Origin: Clostridia bacterium
GTDB lineage: Bacteria; Bacillota; Clostridia; UMGS1883
NCBI GenBank assembly: GCA_051866635.1
Contig: JBJDXJ010000046.1
Coordinates: 1-64,000, forward strand
Reading direction: 5' to 3'
DNA length: 64,000 nucleotides
Below are positions 40,583-51,613 of the stretch, piece after piece; position 1 is the stretch's first letter; each line of letters begins with the position of its first letter. Under the pieces are notes generated by a model that saw only the letters and a list, made by a program, of their open reading frames with translations, had not been told where the DNA came from and did no database searches. The position numbers and the translations under genes were made by a program.

Positions 40583-41545
40583 ATGGCTAAAGATAAATGT
40601 GAAAAATCCTGTCATATAACGTCCATCGGCGGCAGTGCCGTTATGGAAGGCGTTATGATGAAGGGACCCAAGGAAATTGCTACTGCAGTACGAAAGCCTG
40701 ACGGTGAAATCATTATTGATAAAAAGCCCGTAGGCAGTCTTGTTACAAAATATCACGTTAATAAAATTCCCATTGTACGTGGTATTTTCGCCTTTTTTGA
40801 CTCTATGGTTTCCTCAATGAAGGCACTTATGTTCAGTGCTGAATTTGTTGATTTGGAAGGCGAAGAGGATGAAATGGGGAAATTTGAAAAATGGCTTACA
40901 AATAAGTTAGGTGACAAAATGAAGGATGCGGTAATTTACTTTTCTGTAGTTATTGCTGTTATTTTCTCAATCGGACTTTTCATGCTTCTTCCCCATGCGT
41001 TAGGCATGCTGGCAGGCATTTTTATAAAAAACACCATGGTGCTTACCTTAATTGAAAGCGTTGTTAAAATTATTATTTTCTTAGGATACATTTTGCTTAT
41101 TTCCCAGATGGAGGATATTAAAAGGGTGTTCCAGTACCACGGTGCAGAGCATAAAACAATCGCCTGTTATGAACATGGTATGGAGCTTACACCGGAAAAC
41201 GCCGCCAAGTGTTCACGCCTTCATCCCCGTTGCGGCACCAGCTTTTTAGTGTTTGTTATAGTTATAAGCATTATTCTTTTCGCACTTGTGTCACGCTATT
41301 CCTGGGGTAATTACTTCGTAGGCTTAGGCATCAGGCTTTTGCTTTTACCTGTTGTTTCAGGTCTTTCTTACGAGGTTATCCGCTGGGCAGGCAAAAGTCA
41401 GAATGAATGTGTTGCACTTCTCTCAAAGCCCGGTATGTGGATGCAGAAGATTACAACACGCGAGCCCGATGAAAAACAGTTAGAAGTTGCAATTGCCTCC
41501 ATGAAAGCTGTTCTTACAGACAATAAAGAGGATGATAAGTGGTGA
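40583..41545 (+). CDS. DUF1385-family membrane protein
   Basis: IGG.AVMEGVMM, FQYHGAEHK, HPRCGTSF, Q..TTREP. Confidence 0.92.
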   Translation: MAKDKCEKSCHITSIGGSAVMEGVMMKGPKEIATAVRKPDGEIIIDKKPVGSLVTKYHVNKIPIVRGIFAFFDSMVSSMKALMFSAEFVDLEGEEDEMGKFEKWLTNKLGDKMKDAVIYFSVVIAVIFSIGLFMLLPHALGMLAGIFIKNTMVLTLIESVVKIIIFLGYILLISQMEDIKRVFQYHGAEHKTIACYEHGMELTPENAAKCSRLHPRCGTSFLVFVIVISIILFALVSRYSWGNYFVGLGIRLLLLPVVSGLSYEVIRWAGKSQNECVALLSKPGMWMQKITTREPDEKQLEVAIASMKAVLTDNKEDDKW

Positions 41546-42348
41546 GTTTAGTAAATAAATACTACAAATTATTGTCAGGCTATTCTGATTCGCCCTTGCA
41601 GGATGCGAGGGCGTTTTTGTCATATGTGCTTCAAGCAGACCCACTTCTTATATGGCGTGAGCTTACAGAGGAAGAAGAGGGGAAAATTCTTGACTGTATT
41701 GAAAAACGCAAAAGCGGAATTCCCGTTGCCTATATAACAGGAGAGAAGGAATTTATGGCTCTCCCCTTTTTTGTTGATGAATCCACCTTAATCCCACGGC
41801 CTGATACTGAAACAATAGTTGAAACGCTGATGGAAGAAAACCCTTTCAAAAGCCCTGTTATAACGGACCTTTGCTGTGGCAGTGGGTGCATTGGAATTTC
41901 CCTTGCCCACTATATAAAAGATGCCACAGTTACAATGTGGGATATTTCAGAAGGGGCAATTAACATTGCAAACAAAAACATTAAAAGAAACAATCTTACA
42001 AGCCGTGTAACAGTAGCTTACGGCAATGTTTTAGAGGATGATTATCCCGAAAGTGATATTATCGTTTCAAACCCCCCATATATTGCAAATGATATTGTAG
42101 ATACTCTGGAGGTTTCAAAATTTGAACCTCACCTTGCATTAAAGGGCGGTGTAGATGGGCTGGATTTTTACCGTACAATGATACCTAAGGCTTATAAAGC
42201 ATTAAACCCCAACGGTATTTTAGCCTTTGAAATAGGTTATGACCAGGGTAAAGAGGTAAAAGAGCTTATGGAGGGGTATTTTTCCCATGTTAAAGTAAAA
42301 AAAGATTATCAACATAACGATCGTATGGTTTACGGATATAAAAGATAG
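41539..42348 (+). CDS. prmC: Release factor glutamine methyltransferase
   Basis: P.AYITG.KEF, LIPRPDTE, DLCCGSG, SNPPY, FEIGYDQ. Confidence 0.94.
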   Translation: MVSLVNKYYKLLSGYSDSPLQDARAFLSYVLQADPLLIWRELTEEEEGKILDCIEKRKSGIPVAYITGEKEFMALPFFVDESTLIPRPDTETIVETLMEENPFKSPVITDLCCGSGCIGISLAHYIKDATVTMWDISEGAINIANKNIKRNNLTSRVTVAYGNVLEDDYPESDIIVSNPPYIANDIVDTLEVSKFEPHLALKGGVDGLDFYRTMIPKAYKALNPNGILAFEIGYDQGKEVKELMEGYFSHVKVKKDYQHNDRMVYGYKR

Positions 42349-42407
42349 TTGAAATAAGCTATTTTTTGTGTTATTATATACAAAGAATATGTTAGGAGTT
42401 GAAAACA

Positions 42408-43565
42408 ATGACCACAATTACAAACGATATCAAATATGTAGGCGTAGATGATTATAAAATTGACCTTTTTGAAGGGCAGTATAAAGTTCCTCACGGTATG
42501 TGCTACAATTCATACCTTATCTTGGATGAAAAAACAGCTGTTATGGACACAGTTGACATTAATTTCACCGAAGAATGGCTTAATAATATTGATTCTTTTT
42601 TAAGCGGCAAGGCACCTGATTATCTTATAGTACAGCATATGGAGCCTGACCATTCCGCAAATATTTTAAACTTTGCAAACCGTTATCCCGATGCAAAAAT
42701 TGTGTCATCTCAAAAAGCATTTGCAATGATGAAGGGATTTTTCGGAACTGACTTTTCGGACAGAGGCGTTGTTGTGGGCGAAGGTGACAGTCTTTCCCTC
42801 GGAAAACACAACCTTACCTTTGTAACTGCACCCATGGTTCACTGGCCTGAAGTAATTGTAACATATGACAAAACTGACAAGGTTCTTTTCTCTGCTGACG
42901 GCTTTGGCAAATTTGGCAATATTGATGCCAAGGAGGATTGGGCAGATGAGGCAAGAAGGTATTACATCGGCATTGTAGGAAAATACGGTATGCAGGTTCA
43001 GGCACTTTTGAAAAAGGCGGCAAATCTTGATATTGAGATTATATGCCCTCTTCACGGACCTGTGCTCAGCGAAAACTTAGGCTATTATATTAACCTTTAT
43101 GATATATGGTCAAGCTACAGAAGCGAAGAGGATGGCGTTGTGATTGCCTACACTTCCGTTTACGGAAACACAAAGAAGGCAGCCTTGTACCTTTCAGAGC
43201 ATCTTTTGGAAAAGGGATGTAAAAATGTTAAGGTATACGACCTTGCAAGGTGTGATATGGCACAGGCAGTTGCAGACACATTTAAGTACAGCAAGACAGT
43301 TTTTGCAACAACAACTTATAATGGTGATATCTTCCCCTTTATGAAGGAGTTTATCAATCACCTTACAGAGCGTAATTTCCAAAATAAAACCGTTTCCTTT
43401 ATTGAAAACGGAACATGGGCGCCTGTTGCCGCAAAGGTTATGAAATCTATGCTTGAAAAGAGCAAGAATTTAACATATGCGGAAAATGAAGTTAAAATCA
43501 TGTCAGGCTTGAATGAAGAAAGCAAAAAACAGCTTAATGCCTTAGCTGACGAGCTGTGCAAATAA
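42408..43565 (+). CDS. fprA: Flavodiiron protein (A-type flavoprotein)
   Basis: YNSYLI, HMEPDH, PMVHWPE, SADGFG, PLHGP, flavodoxin SVYGNT; start ATG 42408 or TTG 42399. Confidence 0.92.
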   Translation: MTTITNDIKYVGVDDYKIDLFEGQYKVPHGMCYNSYLILDEKTAVMDTVDINFTEEWLNNIDSFLSGKAPDYLIVQHMEPDHSANILNFANRYPDAKIVSSQKAFAMMKGFFGTDFSDRGVVVGEGDSLSLGKHNLTFVTAPMVHWPEVIVTYDKTDKVLFSADGFGKFGNIDAKEDWADEARRYYIGIVGKYGMQVQALLKKAANLDIEIICPLHGPVLSENLGYYINLYDIWSSYRSEEDGVVIAYTSVYGNTKKAALYLSEHLLEKGCKNVKVYDLARCDMAQAVADTFKYSKTVFATTTYNGDIFPFMKEFINHLTERNFQNKTVSFIENGTWAPVAAKVMKSMLEKSKNLTYAENEVKIMSGLNEESKKQLNALADELCK

Positions 43566-43593
43566 TTTAAAACTACTAAGGAGGAACAACACT

Positions 43594-43941
43594 ATGGAAC
43601 AGAAGCTTTATATCTGTGAACATTGCGGACAAATTATTATTAAAGTTAAGGATAAAGGCGTACCTGTAATGTGCTGCGGTGAACCCATGAAGGAATATGT
43701 TCCCGAAGCGGCACCTGTTTGCGACCTTAAGCCCGTTAACACAAAGTCAAACGAAGATTATATTGTATGTAAATGCAATAATGTAAGCTATTTTGATATT
43801 TTAGATGCAGTTCAGTCACATAACAACTTTGATGACCTTATGAAAGTTTTTGGCGATGTTAAAAACACCACAAAATGCTCCACAGGTTGCGGTGGCTGTT
43901 ACGATAAGGTAATCGAAATCATATCTGCAAGTATGCACTGA
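43594..43941 (+). CDS. Desulforedoxin-domain + BFD-like [2Fe-2S] fusion protein
   Basis: CEHCG...MCCGEPM, then CKCNNVS...TKCSTGCGGC; AGGAGG RBS. Confidence 0.82.
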   Translation: MEQKLYICEHCGQIIIKVKDKGVPVMCCGEPMKEYVPEAAPVCDLKPVNTKSNEDYIVCKCNNVSYFDILDAVQSHNNFDDLMKVFGDVKNTTKCSTGCGGCYDKVIEIISASMH

Positions 43942-43968
43942 TAAAAATACATTTTTCCGGCAAAAAAA

Positions 43969-44100
43969 GAGACTGTAAAAAAGTCTCGAAAGAAATAAGT
44001 TAAGACCATTTGGGACAGTCCCCCTTATGGCAAATTGGGAAACAATTTGTCATAAGGGGGACTGTCCCGAAATGGTCTTTTTGTTATATCAGAGCCACTT
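43969..44100. repeat. GGGACAGTCCC-palindrome MITE-like repeat (family B)
   Basis: 78 bp near-perfect palindrome 44002-44079; shares 35 nt with positions 6-40; TIR-like GAGACTGTAAAAAAGTC. Confidence 0.8.
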
Positions 44101-44115
44101 TTTGTTTGCTTTATT

Positions 44116-44733
44116 TTAAAATTCAATACTTAATGCTCTTTTTGCAATAATCAATGCTTCCTGTACTGTGCAGTTGCCTAAGGGGTTAATCTTGTTTTCG
44201 TCAGTACCCTTTATAAGCTCTGCCATCACCATAAACTTTACAGCGTCCTCTGCCCAATCGCTTACCTCACTACCGTCTGCAAATTCAGAAAGTGAAGGAA
44301 GATACGATGAAAAATCAACATCTTCGGGAATAAATTTATCAGCAATTCTGTAAAGCATCACACAAATCTGCTCACGTGTTACAGATAAATCGGGGGCAAA
44401 CTCTGTTTCGCTTACACCCTTTACCAAGCCTAAACCGTATGCAGTTACAACAAAAGGATTATTGCAGTCTGTAAATGGGTTAGAAACGCTCATTTTCGGT
44501 ATTTCCATATTAGACATGGATGCATAAATATAAAGTGCTATCACGGCAAATTCTTCTCGGGTGATTTCCTTTTTGTAGTCTATCTCACTTTTAATTACAC
44601 TTTTAAGAAATCTTGCCCCTTGATAATCAACTTCAGCAGCTGCCCATTCATCAGGCTCACTTTGTGCAAAAACTGCCATGCTAACAGAAAACGCCATCGA
44701 AATAACAAGTAACAATGCTACAACCTTTTTCAT
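44116..44733 (-). CDS. Small secreted S-layer homology protein
   Basis: Signal peptide; ITREEF, VTREQI, F.D..EVSDWA...T.QEA. Confidence 0.85.
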   Translation of the reverse strand: MKKVVALLLVISMAFSVSMAVFAQSEPDEWAAAEVDYQGARFLKSVIKSEIDYKKEITREEFAVIALYIYASMSNMEIPKMSVSNPFTDCNNPFVVTAYGLGLVKGVSETEFAPDLSVTREQICVMLYRIADKFIPEDVDFSSYLPSLSEFADGSEVSDWAEDAVKFMVMAELIKGTDENKINPLGNCTVQEALIIAKRALSIEF

Positions 44734-44748
44734 TATCTCATCCCCTAA

Positions 44749-45861
44749 TTATTCGTTATTTTGAGAAGAATATCTCAAATATTCATTTATAAAACCGTCT
44801 ATATCCCCGTCCATAGTTGCACCGATATTACCAACTTCATAGTTTGTACGGTGGTCCTTAACCATGGTGTAGGGATGGAACACATAAGAACGAATTTGAC
44901 TACCCCATGCGATTTCCTTCTGAACGCCCTTTATGTCTTCAATCTTTTCCTTATGTTCTGCTTCTGCAATTTCAGCAAGTTTTGCCTTAAGCATCTTCAT
45001 ACACATATCCTTGTTCTGGAACTGGCTTCTTTCATTCTGGCATGCAACAGTAACACCTGTGGGAATATGTGTAAGTCTTACCGCAGAAGATGTTTTGTTT
45101 ACGTGCTGACCGCCTGCACCGCTTGCCCTGAACACGTCCATCTTAATATCTTCAGGTCTTATATTAACCTCAATTGTGTCGTCAATGTCGGGCATTACTT
45201 CAACAGATGCAAAGGATGTGTGCCTTCTTCCTGCCGAGTCAAAGGGAGAAATTCTAACGAGTCTGTGGATACCCTTTTCACACTTGGCATATCCGTATGC
45301 GTTATCCCCTTCAATAAGGATGGTAGCACCCTTTATGCCGGCTTCATCACCGTCAAGATAATCAATTGTAGATACGGAAAATCCACGTTTTTCAGCCCAC
45401 ATCTGATACATACGAAGAAGCATACTGCACCAGTCCTGAGCTTCTGTTCCGCCTGCACCGGCATGGAGAGTTATAATTGCATCGTTTTTGTCGTAGGGAC
45501 CTGACAAAAGTGTTTCAAGTTTTGTGGTTTCAATGTTATTAACTAAGCCTTCAACGCCTGCTTTAACTTCATCAAGGAAACTTAAATCATCCTCTTCCTC
45601 CGCAAGCTCAATAATTGTAAGAAGGTCCTCACGTTCACTTTTGATTTTTTCAAAGTGTTCAATCTTGCCCTTAAGCTGTTTAAGCTGTTTTAAAACCTTC
45701 TGGCTTTTATCCATGTCAGAATAAAAGTCAGGGTTCATTGTTTCCTGCTCTAAAGTTTCTGCCTGCTTTTTAACGCCTTCAATGCCCAGTGACTTACCAA
45801 GCTCCTCAATTTCCCCGGCAAGAGCGTTAAGATTTAATTTATACTGATCGTATTCAACCAT
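44749..45861 (-). CDS. prfB: Peptide chain release factor 2 (no programmed frameshift)
   Basis: GGTEAQDW, SPF anticodon motif, GGQ, WGSQIRSY; downstream of secA. Confidence 0.96.
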   Translation of the reverse strand: MVEYDQYKLNLNALAGEIEELGKSLGIEGVKKQAETLEQETMNPDFYSDMDKSQKVLKQLKQLKGKIEHFEKIKSEREDLLTIIELAEEEDDLSFLDEVKAGVEGLVNNIETTKLETLLSGPYDKNDAIITLHAGAGGTEAQDWCSMLLRMYQMWAEKRGFSVSTIDYLDGDEAGIKGATILIEGDNAYGYAKCEKGIHRLVRISPFDSAGRRHTSFASVEVMPDIDDTIEVNIRPEDIKMDVFRASGAGGQHVNKTSSAVRLTHIPTGVTVACQNERSQFQNKDMCMKMLKAKLAEIAEAEHKEKIEDIKGVQKEIAWGSQIRSYVFHPYTMVKDHRTNYEVGNIGATMDGDIDGFINEYLRYSSQNNE

Positions 45862-45911
45862 TTTGCAACATTCCTTTCGCTGTAGATATATTTAGTTCAA
45901 CTAAAAACCTA

Positions 45912-48713
45912 TCAGGGATTTTCATTCAATCCACAGCACTGCTTGTATTTTTTACCGCTTCCGCAGGGGCAAGGGTCATTACGTCCAATCTTAGGTTCCA
46001 ATCTTCTTACAGGCTGTTTTTTCACACTGCCATCACTGCCACCGGAGGCTACCGCTTTCTTCAAATCGGGGCCCTTCATTAATGAAGGTGCTTTTTCGCC
46101 GCCCATTTTTGCGTTCTTTTCGGCAACCGCATCTGCCACCCTTACATTCATGGCAGGCACAACGCCCATTACATATTTTACAGTATCCTCCTGCATAAGG
46201 TCAACCATTTCTTCGAACATATCAAAACCAACCATCTTGTATTCGTTCACTATGTCGTGGTTACCGTAAGCACGGAGTCTGATTTCGTTTTTAAGCTGAT
46301 CCATTGCATCCACATGTTCAATCCAGTGGTTGTCAACAGATTTAAGCATAATCTTTCTTTCGATTTCCCTCATTCTTTCTTCGCCGAATACATTTTCCTG
46401 CTCTTTATACCTTATTTGAGCATTCTTAATTACTTCATCGCGAATTTTTTCACGTGTAACCTTATTTATATCCATTGCAGAAATATCGATAAAGTTCTTT
46501 TTGTGGAAAATCTGTTCGCAGTAGCTTTCAAATTCAGCTATAAGCCAGTAGTCGGGATAATCTGCGTTAAGGAATTTTGTTATTGCGTTATCAGTAAGCT
46601 TTTCAATCATCTTTTCGATGGCAGGCTTAATATTTTCACCGTCTAAAACCTGTCGTCTCTGCTTGTAGATAATTTCACGCTGTGTATTTACAACATCATC
46701 AAACTGCAACACATTTTTACGCATGTCGTAGTTTCTGCCTTCAATATTCTTCTGGGCGTTTTCAATTACACCCGATAAAATCTTTTCGTCTATTACATCG
46801 TCCTCGTCAATCTTCATTGTGGACAAAAGTCTCTTAACTCTGTCACCGCCGAAAAGACGAAGAAGGTCATCTTCAAAGGAAACATAGAACTTTGCCTTAC
46901 CGGGGTCACCCTGTCTGCCGCTTCGACCCTGGAGCTGGTTGTCAATTCGCCTTGATTCGTGGCGTTCCGTACCGATTACATACAAACCGCCTGCCTTAAC
47001 AACTTCTTCCCTTTCAGGTTCAATTTCCTTCTTATATTCTTCATAATATTTTGCATATGTTGCTCTTGCATCAATGATTTCCTGATCTTCTGTTTCAGCA
47101 TAGCCTGTTGCTTCCACAATCAAGTCTTCACTGTAGCCTTCCTTCTGCATTCTGCTTTTTGCCATATATTCAGCATTACCGCCCAAAAGGATATCCGTAC
47201 CACGTCCTGCCATGTTTGTGGCAATTGTAACGGCACCTTTTTTACCTGCCTGTGCAATAATCTGTGCTTCTGCTTCGTGATACTTGGCGTTAAGCACTCT
47301 ATGTGTTACACCTTCACGCTTTAAAGCACGGGATAATTCTTCACTGCTGTCAATAGTTGCGGTACCTACCAACACAGGTCTGCCCACAGCGTGTGCCGCC
47401 TTAATTTCGTTTACAATAGCTTTTATCTTAGCGTTATGAGTCATGTAAACAGCATCGTTGGCATCCTCACGTATAACGGGAGAATTTGTAGGTATTGCCA
47501 CAACGTCAAGGGCATAAGTACCCCTGAATTCGTCCTCTTCAGTTAAGGCTGTACCTGTCATACCGGAAAGCTTCTTGTACATTCTGAAATAGTTCTGAAC
47601 TGTAATTGTAGCAACAGTTTTGCTTTCGTTCTTTACCTTTAAGCCTTCCTTCATTTCGATAGCCTGATGAAGACCGTTGGAATATCTTCTTCCCACAGCA
47701 ATACGGCCTGTAAAGCTGTCAACAATAAGAACTTCCCCGTCCTTTACAACATAGTCATCGTCCTTTTTCATAACACCGTGAGCCTTAAGGGCAATGTTAA
47801 TGTGATGAACAATACTCATGTTATTGGGATCGGAAAGGTTTTCAATATTGAAAAACTGTTCGGCTTTCTTTGTACCACGTTCTGTAAGTGTGGCATTCTT
47901 CGCTTTTTCGTCCACAATAAAGTCACAGTCAAGGTTGACACTTTCTTCCTTGCTGTCAAAGGACTCAACCTTTAACATTTTTAATGTTCTTACAAATCTG
48001 TCTGCCACCATGTAAAGGGCATCAGCCTCTGAATCGGGACAGCTGATTATATGAGGTGTTCTCGCTTCGTCAATTAAAATTGAGTCAACTTCATCCACGA
48101 TGGCATAATTGTGCTTACGCTGAACAACCTGGGATTTTTCTGTTCTGAGGTTATCCCACAAATAGTCAAAGGCAAATTCGCTGTTTGTACCGTAAGTTAT
48201 GTCAGCGGCATATGCAACATGCTTTTCTTCCTGTGTTCCCTGAGGGATAATAAGCCCTACAGTAAGACCAAGGTAACGGTACACCTTTCCCATCCATTCG
48301 CTGTCACGCTTTGCAAGATATTCGTTGGCAGTTACAATATGCACACCATTACCCTCAATAGCATTAAGGTATGCAGGAAGTGTTGCAACAAGTGTCTTAC
48401 CTTCACCTGTTTTCATTTCGGCAATTCTGCCCTGATGAAGGATAATACCGCCTATAATCTGCACGGGGAAATGCTTCATCCCCAAAACTCTCCAGCTGGC
48501 TTCTCTGACAGTTGCAAAAGCCTCGGGAAGTATGTCGTCCAAGGTTTCACCCTTTTTAAGTCTCTGGCGGAACTGTTCCGTTTTACCCTTAAGCTCATCT
48601 TCACTTAATTGCGAATATTCCTCCTCAAGGGAAAGGACCTTTTCCTTCAAGGGTTGTATTTTTTTTACTTCTTTAGTTGAATAATCACCAAAAATTTTTG
48701 AAAAAAGACCCAT
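45912..48713 (-). CDS. secA: Preprotein translocase SecA
   Basis: [60 protein letters not shown]; promoter TTGACA(48795)-17-TACAAT. Confidence 0.97.
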   Translation of the reverse strand: MGLFSKIFGDYSTKEVKKIQPLKEKVLSLEEEYSQLSEDELKGKTEQFRQRLKKGETLDDILPEAFATVREASWRVLGMKHFPVQIIGGIILHQGRIAEMKTGEGKTLVATLPAYLNAIEGNGVHIVTANEYLAKRDSEWMGKVYRYLGLTVGLIIPQGTQEEKHVAYAADITYGTNSEFAFDYLWDNLRTEKSQVVQRKHNYAIVDEVDSILIDEARTPHIISCPDSEADALYMVADRFVRTLKMLKVESFDSKEESVNLDCDFIVDEKAKNATLTERGTKKAEQFFNIENLSDPNNMSIVHHINIALKAHGVMKKDDDYVVKDGEVLIVDSFTGRIAVGRRYSNGLHQAIEMKEGLKVKNESKTVATITVQNYFRMYKKLSGMTGTALTEEDEFRGTYALDVVAIPTNSPVIREDANDAVYMTHNAKIKAIVNEIKAAHAVGRPVLVGTATIDSSEELSRALKREGVTHRVLNAKYHEAEAQIIAQAGKKGAVTIATNMAGRGTDILLGGNAEYMAKSRMQKEGYSEDLIVEATGYAETEDQEIIDARATYAKYYEEYKKEIEPEREEVVKAGGLYVIGTERHESRRIDNQLQGRSGRQGDPGKAKFYVSFEDDLLRLFGGDRVKRLLSTMKIDEDDVIDEKILSGVIENAQKNIEGRNYDMRKNVLQFDDVVNTQREIIYKQRRQVLDGENIKPAIEKMIEKLTDNAITKFLNADYPDYWLIAEFESYCEQIFHKKNFIDISAMDINKVTREKIRDEVIKNAQIRYKEQENVFGEERMREIERKIMLKSVDNHWIEHVDAMDQLKNEIRLRAYGNHDIVNEYKMVGFDMFEEMVDLMQEDTVKYVMGVVPAMNVRVADAVAEKNAKMGGEKAPSLMKGPDLKKAVASGGSDGSVKKQPVRRLEPKIGRNDPCPCGSGKKYKQCCGLNENP

Positions 48714-48811
48714 CTGTATCACCATTTTCTATTTATTACCGAGCATACAAAAACTCATTATATAATATTGTACCACATAATAATAACCATGTCAAATTAA
48801 TAAACAGTTAA

Positions 48812-50590
48812 TTATATTGCCTTTGTTTCATTTAAAAGCCACGCTCTTTCATCTTCCGACAAATAAGGCGACAGTTTTTCGTAAACCTTTTCATGAAAAT
48901 CATTTAACCACTTAATTTCATCATCTGTTAAAAGGTTCTTATCAACAGCCCTTGTATCGATAGGACAGTATGAAATCATTTCAAACTGATAAAACTCACC
49001 ATCGGAATTTTGGGTAAAAGGAACAACTATAACATCGTTTTCAATTCTTATACCGTATTTCCCCTCTTTGTAAACGCCGGGTTCAACGGTAACATTCATA
49101 CCTAATTCCAAAGGTGCAGTATATCTCATCCTCGGTCCGAAGCCCTGAGGGCCTTCGTGAACATTTAAAAGATAGCCTACACCGTGACCTGTTCCGCACT
49201 TATAGTCAATGCCTTCATTCCACAAAAACTGACGGGCAAGAACATCAAGACAACTTCCCGTTGCACCCTTCAAGAATTTTGCTCTACAAAGGGCAATGTT
49301 ACCTTTAAGTGTTAATGTATAAGCCTTCTTTTCTTCATCTGAAATTTTGCCTAATATAAGTGTACGTGTAATATCCGTTGTGCCGTCATAATACTGACCG
49401 CCTGAGTCAATTAAAAGCATACCGCTTTTTTCTATAACCGCACTATTATTTTCATTGGGGGAATAGTGCATCATTGCCGCATTAGATTTATAAGCCGCAA
49501 TAGTATCAAAACTTGCACCTAAGTTTCCTTCCTGCTTTCCTCTTTCCTCCAAAAGTATGTCGCATACATCCTTTTCTCTCATACTTCCGCTTTCGGCATT
49601 ATAAATTTTATAAAAACCTTTCACCAGTGCAACACAGTCTTTTATATAGGCATTTTTTAAATTCTCGTTTTCAACCTCGTTTTTAACAGCCTTCATTTTT
49701 TCAATAAAGTTTGCGGTTTCCTTAACTTCACAGCCTGCCGCCTTAAATAGCATGTAATTTGTATCGGCTCCGTTTAAGGCAATCTTGCCTGTGTTTAAAG
49801 CGGCAAGGTCACTGTAAATTTCGTCATACTCCTTAACAGTAACGCCGTTTTTATCAAGGTAAGCTTTTACCTCATCTGTCATCTGTTTTCCCGATACGTA
49901 AAAAATCGCTTCGTTTTCTGTTATTAAAGCGTAGCTCAATGCAAAGGGACAGCAATGAACATCGTTTGCACGAACATTGTAAAGCCACATTACCGCATCT
50001 AATGTGCCTGTGGCATAGTAGTCAACCTTTTCCTTACGCATATTTTCACGAAGCCTGTTAACCTTACTTTCTGCACTTTCGCCTGTGTATTTTTCATCAT
50101 GCAAGAAGAGCTTTGTATATGGAAGTGAATCCCTTCTCTCCCATATATAAGACAAATCCATGTCAACTACAAGCTCAATACCCTTTTCGTTAAACTTTTT
50201 CTGCATATTTGTAACTGCATTTTTAGAAAAAAGTTTACCGTCTATACCTACACGGTCACCTTCCCGAAGTTCTTCGCAGAAAAATTCAATATAACTTATA
50301 ACATTCGGTTCATATGCACGGTATAGTACAATTTCACTGCCTGAAAGCTCAATTTCTGCCTGAATGTAATATCTTCCATCTGTCCACAGACCGCTTTTTT
50401 TATCGGTCAATGCGAAGGTACCGGCACTTCCCGTAAAGCCTGAAATCCATCTGCGGAACCTGTAAAAATCTGCCACATATTCAGAAATATGAGGATCCCC
50501 TGTAGGTATGATATATCCCTTTAAATTATTTTTATCCATTTCGTTTCTTAAAAGAGCAACCTTTTCATTTGTTGTCATAATACATTTCAT
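48812..50590 (-). CDS. Xaa-Pro aminopeptidase (M24B)
   Basis: DPH.SEY, GFTGSAG, DSGGQY.DGTTDITRT, GTGHGVG..LNVHEGP, EPG.Y, GIRIEN. Confidence 0.93.
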   Translation of the reverse strand: MKCIMTTNEKVALLRNEMDKNNLKGYIIPTGDPHISEYVADFYRFRRWISGFTGSAGTFALTDKKSGLWTDGRYYIQAEIELSGSEIVLYRAYEPNVISYIEFFCEELREGDRVGIDGKLFSKNAVTNMQKKFNEKGIELVVDMDLSYIWERRDSLPYTKLFLHDEKYTGESAESKVNRLRENMRKEKVDYYATGTLDAVMWLYNVRANDVHCCPFALSYALITENEAIFYVSGKQMTDEVKAYLDKNGVTVKEYDEIYSDLAALNTGKIALNGADTNYMLFKAAGCEVKETANFIEKMKAVKNEVENENLKNAYIKDCVALVKGFYKIYNAESGSMREKDVCDILLEERGKQEGNLGASFDTIAAYKSNAAMMHYSPNENNSAVIEKSGMLLIDSGGQYYDGTTDITRTLILGKISDEEKKAYTLTLKGNIALCRAKFLKGATGSCLDVLARQFLWNEGIDYKCGTGHGVGYLLNVHEGPQGFGPRMRYTAPLELGMNVTVEPGVYKEGKYGIRIENDVIVVPFTQNSDGEFYQFEMISYCPIDTRAVDKNLLTDDEIKWLNDFHEKVYEKLSPYLSEDERAWLLNETKAI

Positions 50591-50610
50591 CCTTTCAGTT
50601 TAATTAACCC

Positions 50611-51609
50611 TCAGTCCAATCTGAGATTTGGAACTGCGTTAAGTGATAAATCACCACGTACGCCCTTTACATAATTAAGATATCCCGCACAGGAAATCAT
50701 GGCTCCGTTGTCAGTACATAATTCAATAGGAGGGCAATAAAATTCCATCTTGTTTTTCTTTGCACTCTCCTCCATTTGTTTGCGTAAAAAGGTGTTTGCG
50801 GCAACGCCTCCTGCAAGTGCAATTTTATTGCATCCTACACTTTTTGCCGCATCGACGGTGTTCTCAACCAAAACATCGCACACTGCACTTTGGAAAGAAG
50901 CCGCCACATCTGCCTTATTTATTTCTCTGCCCGCCTGTTCTTCCTTGTGAACATAGTTTATAACAGCTGTTTTCACACCGGAAAAACTAAAGTCAAAACC
51001 GCTTTTCGGTCTGGGGAATTTAATCGCATCACAATTTCCTTCTTCGGCTAACTTATTAACCTTAGGTCCGCCGGGGTATCCTAAGCCTAAAACCCTTGCA
51101 ACCTTGTCAAAGGCTTCCCCCGCCGCATCGTCATGGGTCTGACCTAATATTTCAAAATCATGATAGTCCTTCATGTGAAGTATGTGACTGTGGCCCCCCG
51201 ATGCCACAAGGCACACAAAGGGCGGTTCCAAAGTCTTATGTGCTATATAATTTGCCGCAATGTGACCTTGTATGTGATTAACGGGAATATTGGGCTTGCC
51301 TAAGCCATAGGCAAAGGCCTTTGCCGCAGATACACCTACCAAAAGTGCACCTACAAGACCGGGAGAATATGTTACCGCAACTCCGTCAAGCTCTTCTTTT
51401 GTAATTTTTGCTTCTTTTAAAGCTTCATCAATAACCCATATGATTTTATCTATATGCTTTCTTGATGCTATTTCAGGCACCACACCACCATAGAGCGTAT
51501 GTATATCAATCTGCGAATAAACAACATTGCTTAAAACTTCTCGCCCGTCACGTGTTACCGATGCCGCCGTTTCGTCACAGGAGGTTTCTATACCTAATAT
51601 ATATGCCAT
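50611..51609 (-). CDS. tsaD: tRNA t6A threonylcarbamoyltransferase
   Basis: [51 protein letters not shown]; start ATG 51609. Confidence 0.96.
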   Translation of the reverse strand: MAYILGIETSCDETAASVTRDGREVLSNVVYSQIDIHTLYGGVVPEIASRKHIDKIIWVIDEALKEAKITKEELDGVAVTYSPGLVGALLVGVSAAKAFAYGLGKPNIPVNHIQGHIAANYIAHKTLEPPFVCLVASGGHSHILHMKDYHDFEILGQTHDDAAGEAFDKVARVLGLGYPGGPKVNKLAEEGNCDAIKFPRPKSGFDFSFSGVKTAVINYVHKEEQAGREINKADVAASFQSAVCDVLVENTVDAAKSVGCNKIALAGGVAANTFLRKQMEESAKKNKMEFYCPPIELCTDNGAMISCAGYLNYVKGVRGDLSLNAVPNLRLD

Positions 51610-51613
51610 GTTA

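Noticed and set aside
40583-42348. Missing prfA after DUF1385-prmC
   Set aside because: Simple rearrangement of a variable operon; cannot be assessed without the rest of the genome
44761-45504. Long antisense ORFs (also 28498-29106, 18390-18992, 58342-58899, 8089-8667)
   Set aside because: Shadow frames of conserved genes with biased codon usage
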